A stretch of DNA of 64,000 bases from Planctomycetota bacterium (GTDB lineage: Bacteria > Planctomycetota > UBA11346). The notes below the pieces were generated by a model. The model was given only the letters and a program-made list of their open reading frames with translations, did not search any database and had not been told where the DNA came from. The position numbers were made by a program, and so were the translations under genes. The stretch covers positions 4,586 to 68,585 of the forward strand of contig JAYVSL010000007.1 in assembly GCA_043775355.1 (NCBI GenBank), in the 5' to 3' direction. Shown here piece by piece: positions 63,545 to 64,000 of this stretch (positions are counted from its first letter, which is position 1; every line of letters starts with the position of its first letter).

Positions 63545-63676
63545 ATTTCGGCATCCGAGCGTTGTGGACCTAAACGTAAAAAAAAATGCTCACGAAAGCT
63601 CGGTGAAATCCGCTTCGCAATCACCGCAGACCCAGTCCAGGCAGGGCCAGGCATTTATTCCATCGACTACGGCTTC
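63545..63676. repeat. right copy of the island-flanking direct repeat
   Basis: It matches 55684-55811 (see the left copy). Confidence 0.85.
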
Positions 63677-64000
63677 GCCCATTAAAGAACCGACGCTGGC
63701 GCCGCCTGGAATGTCAGGCAGTCCAGCGCCGACCGTCCCCAAAGTTACGCGGCGAGCATCGCAGGCTCCGCTCCAGGCTCGGACGGCGGCACGCCAATCA
63801 CCGCCCACCATACGGACGATCGCTGGTAGCGTCGGATCGAGCGGCGCCCATTGGCCATCGAGGGTTTGCGCTTCGAGCCAAAAATGTGGATTCGCAATGC
63901 GGCTGTCGGCGACCATGCCCGCCTTCAATCGCCATGGACGCGAGCGTTCATTTAAACGAACGCCAAGGGCTAAAGCGCAATCAAGACAACTGCCGACCCA
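63590..64000 (-). CDS. transglutaminase-like (Cys-His-Asp) domain protein, C-terminal part (gene runs off the right edge)
   Basis: The reading frame is open to the window edge. My translation is WVGSCLDCALALGVRLNERSRPWRLKAGMVADSRIANPHFWLEAQTLDGQWAPLDPT.... It shows the Cys...His(FW.E)...Asp(LDPT) order typical of transglutaminase-like cores. Confidence 0.6.
   Translation of the reverse strand, partial: WVGSCLDCALALGVRLNERSRPWRLKAGMVADSRIANPHFWLEAQTLDGQWAPLDPTLPAIVRMVGGDWRAAVRAWSGACDARRVTLGTVGAGLPDIPGGASVGSLMGEAVVDGINAWPCLDWVCGDCEADFTELS

Overview
This 64-kb chromosomal window comes from a flagellated diderm bacterium. Several normally conserved operons are scattered: rpsI lacks rplM, rpmH lacks rnpA, rpmI-rplT lacks infC, and mreB is followed by glgB. 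Together with a receptor Ser/Thr kinase fused to an FGE/SUMF1 domain, this suggests a PVC-group (Planctomycetota-like) organism, but that is inference only. I can support about 55 protein genes, 2 tRNAs (Pro-CGG, Gly-CCC), several terminators and 3 sigma-54-type promoters. Core content includes two flagellar clusters: flgH-flgI-rod-binding-flgN then flgK-flgL at 9.9-16.2 kb, and flgF-flgG-flgA at 40.1-42.7 kb. These are interleaved with translation and housekeeping genes (rplT, rpmI, rpmH, rpsI, frr, pyrH, pth, ftsH, mutM, mreB, glgB, PiT/DUF47, ahpC-like Prx, msrP). The clearly accessory part is 55.7-63.7 kb. It is a type I R-M cassette (hsdR, hsdM, DUF1016 nuclease, hsdS, one unknown ORF) inserted between two convergent genes and bracketed by imperfect ~130-bp direct repeats. 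hsdR carries an in-frame TGA plus a 1-nt deletion, and hsdM carries an in-frame TAA. Other items worth a second look are: an orphan AMP-ligase / KS-with-extra-domain / ACP / YhcH mini-cluster (47.2-51.4 kb); a monocistronic 1535-aa coiled-coil protein (34.0-38.6 kb); an LplT-PlsC-Aas triple fusion; an orphan NusG paralogue; and a set of short phased tandem-repeat arrays (10-bp or 7-bp units) at gene ends. I saw no CRISPR array, rRNA, integrase or transposase. All functional calls rest on motif recognition by eye. No database search or computation was possible, so none of the candidate novel systems is proven.
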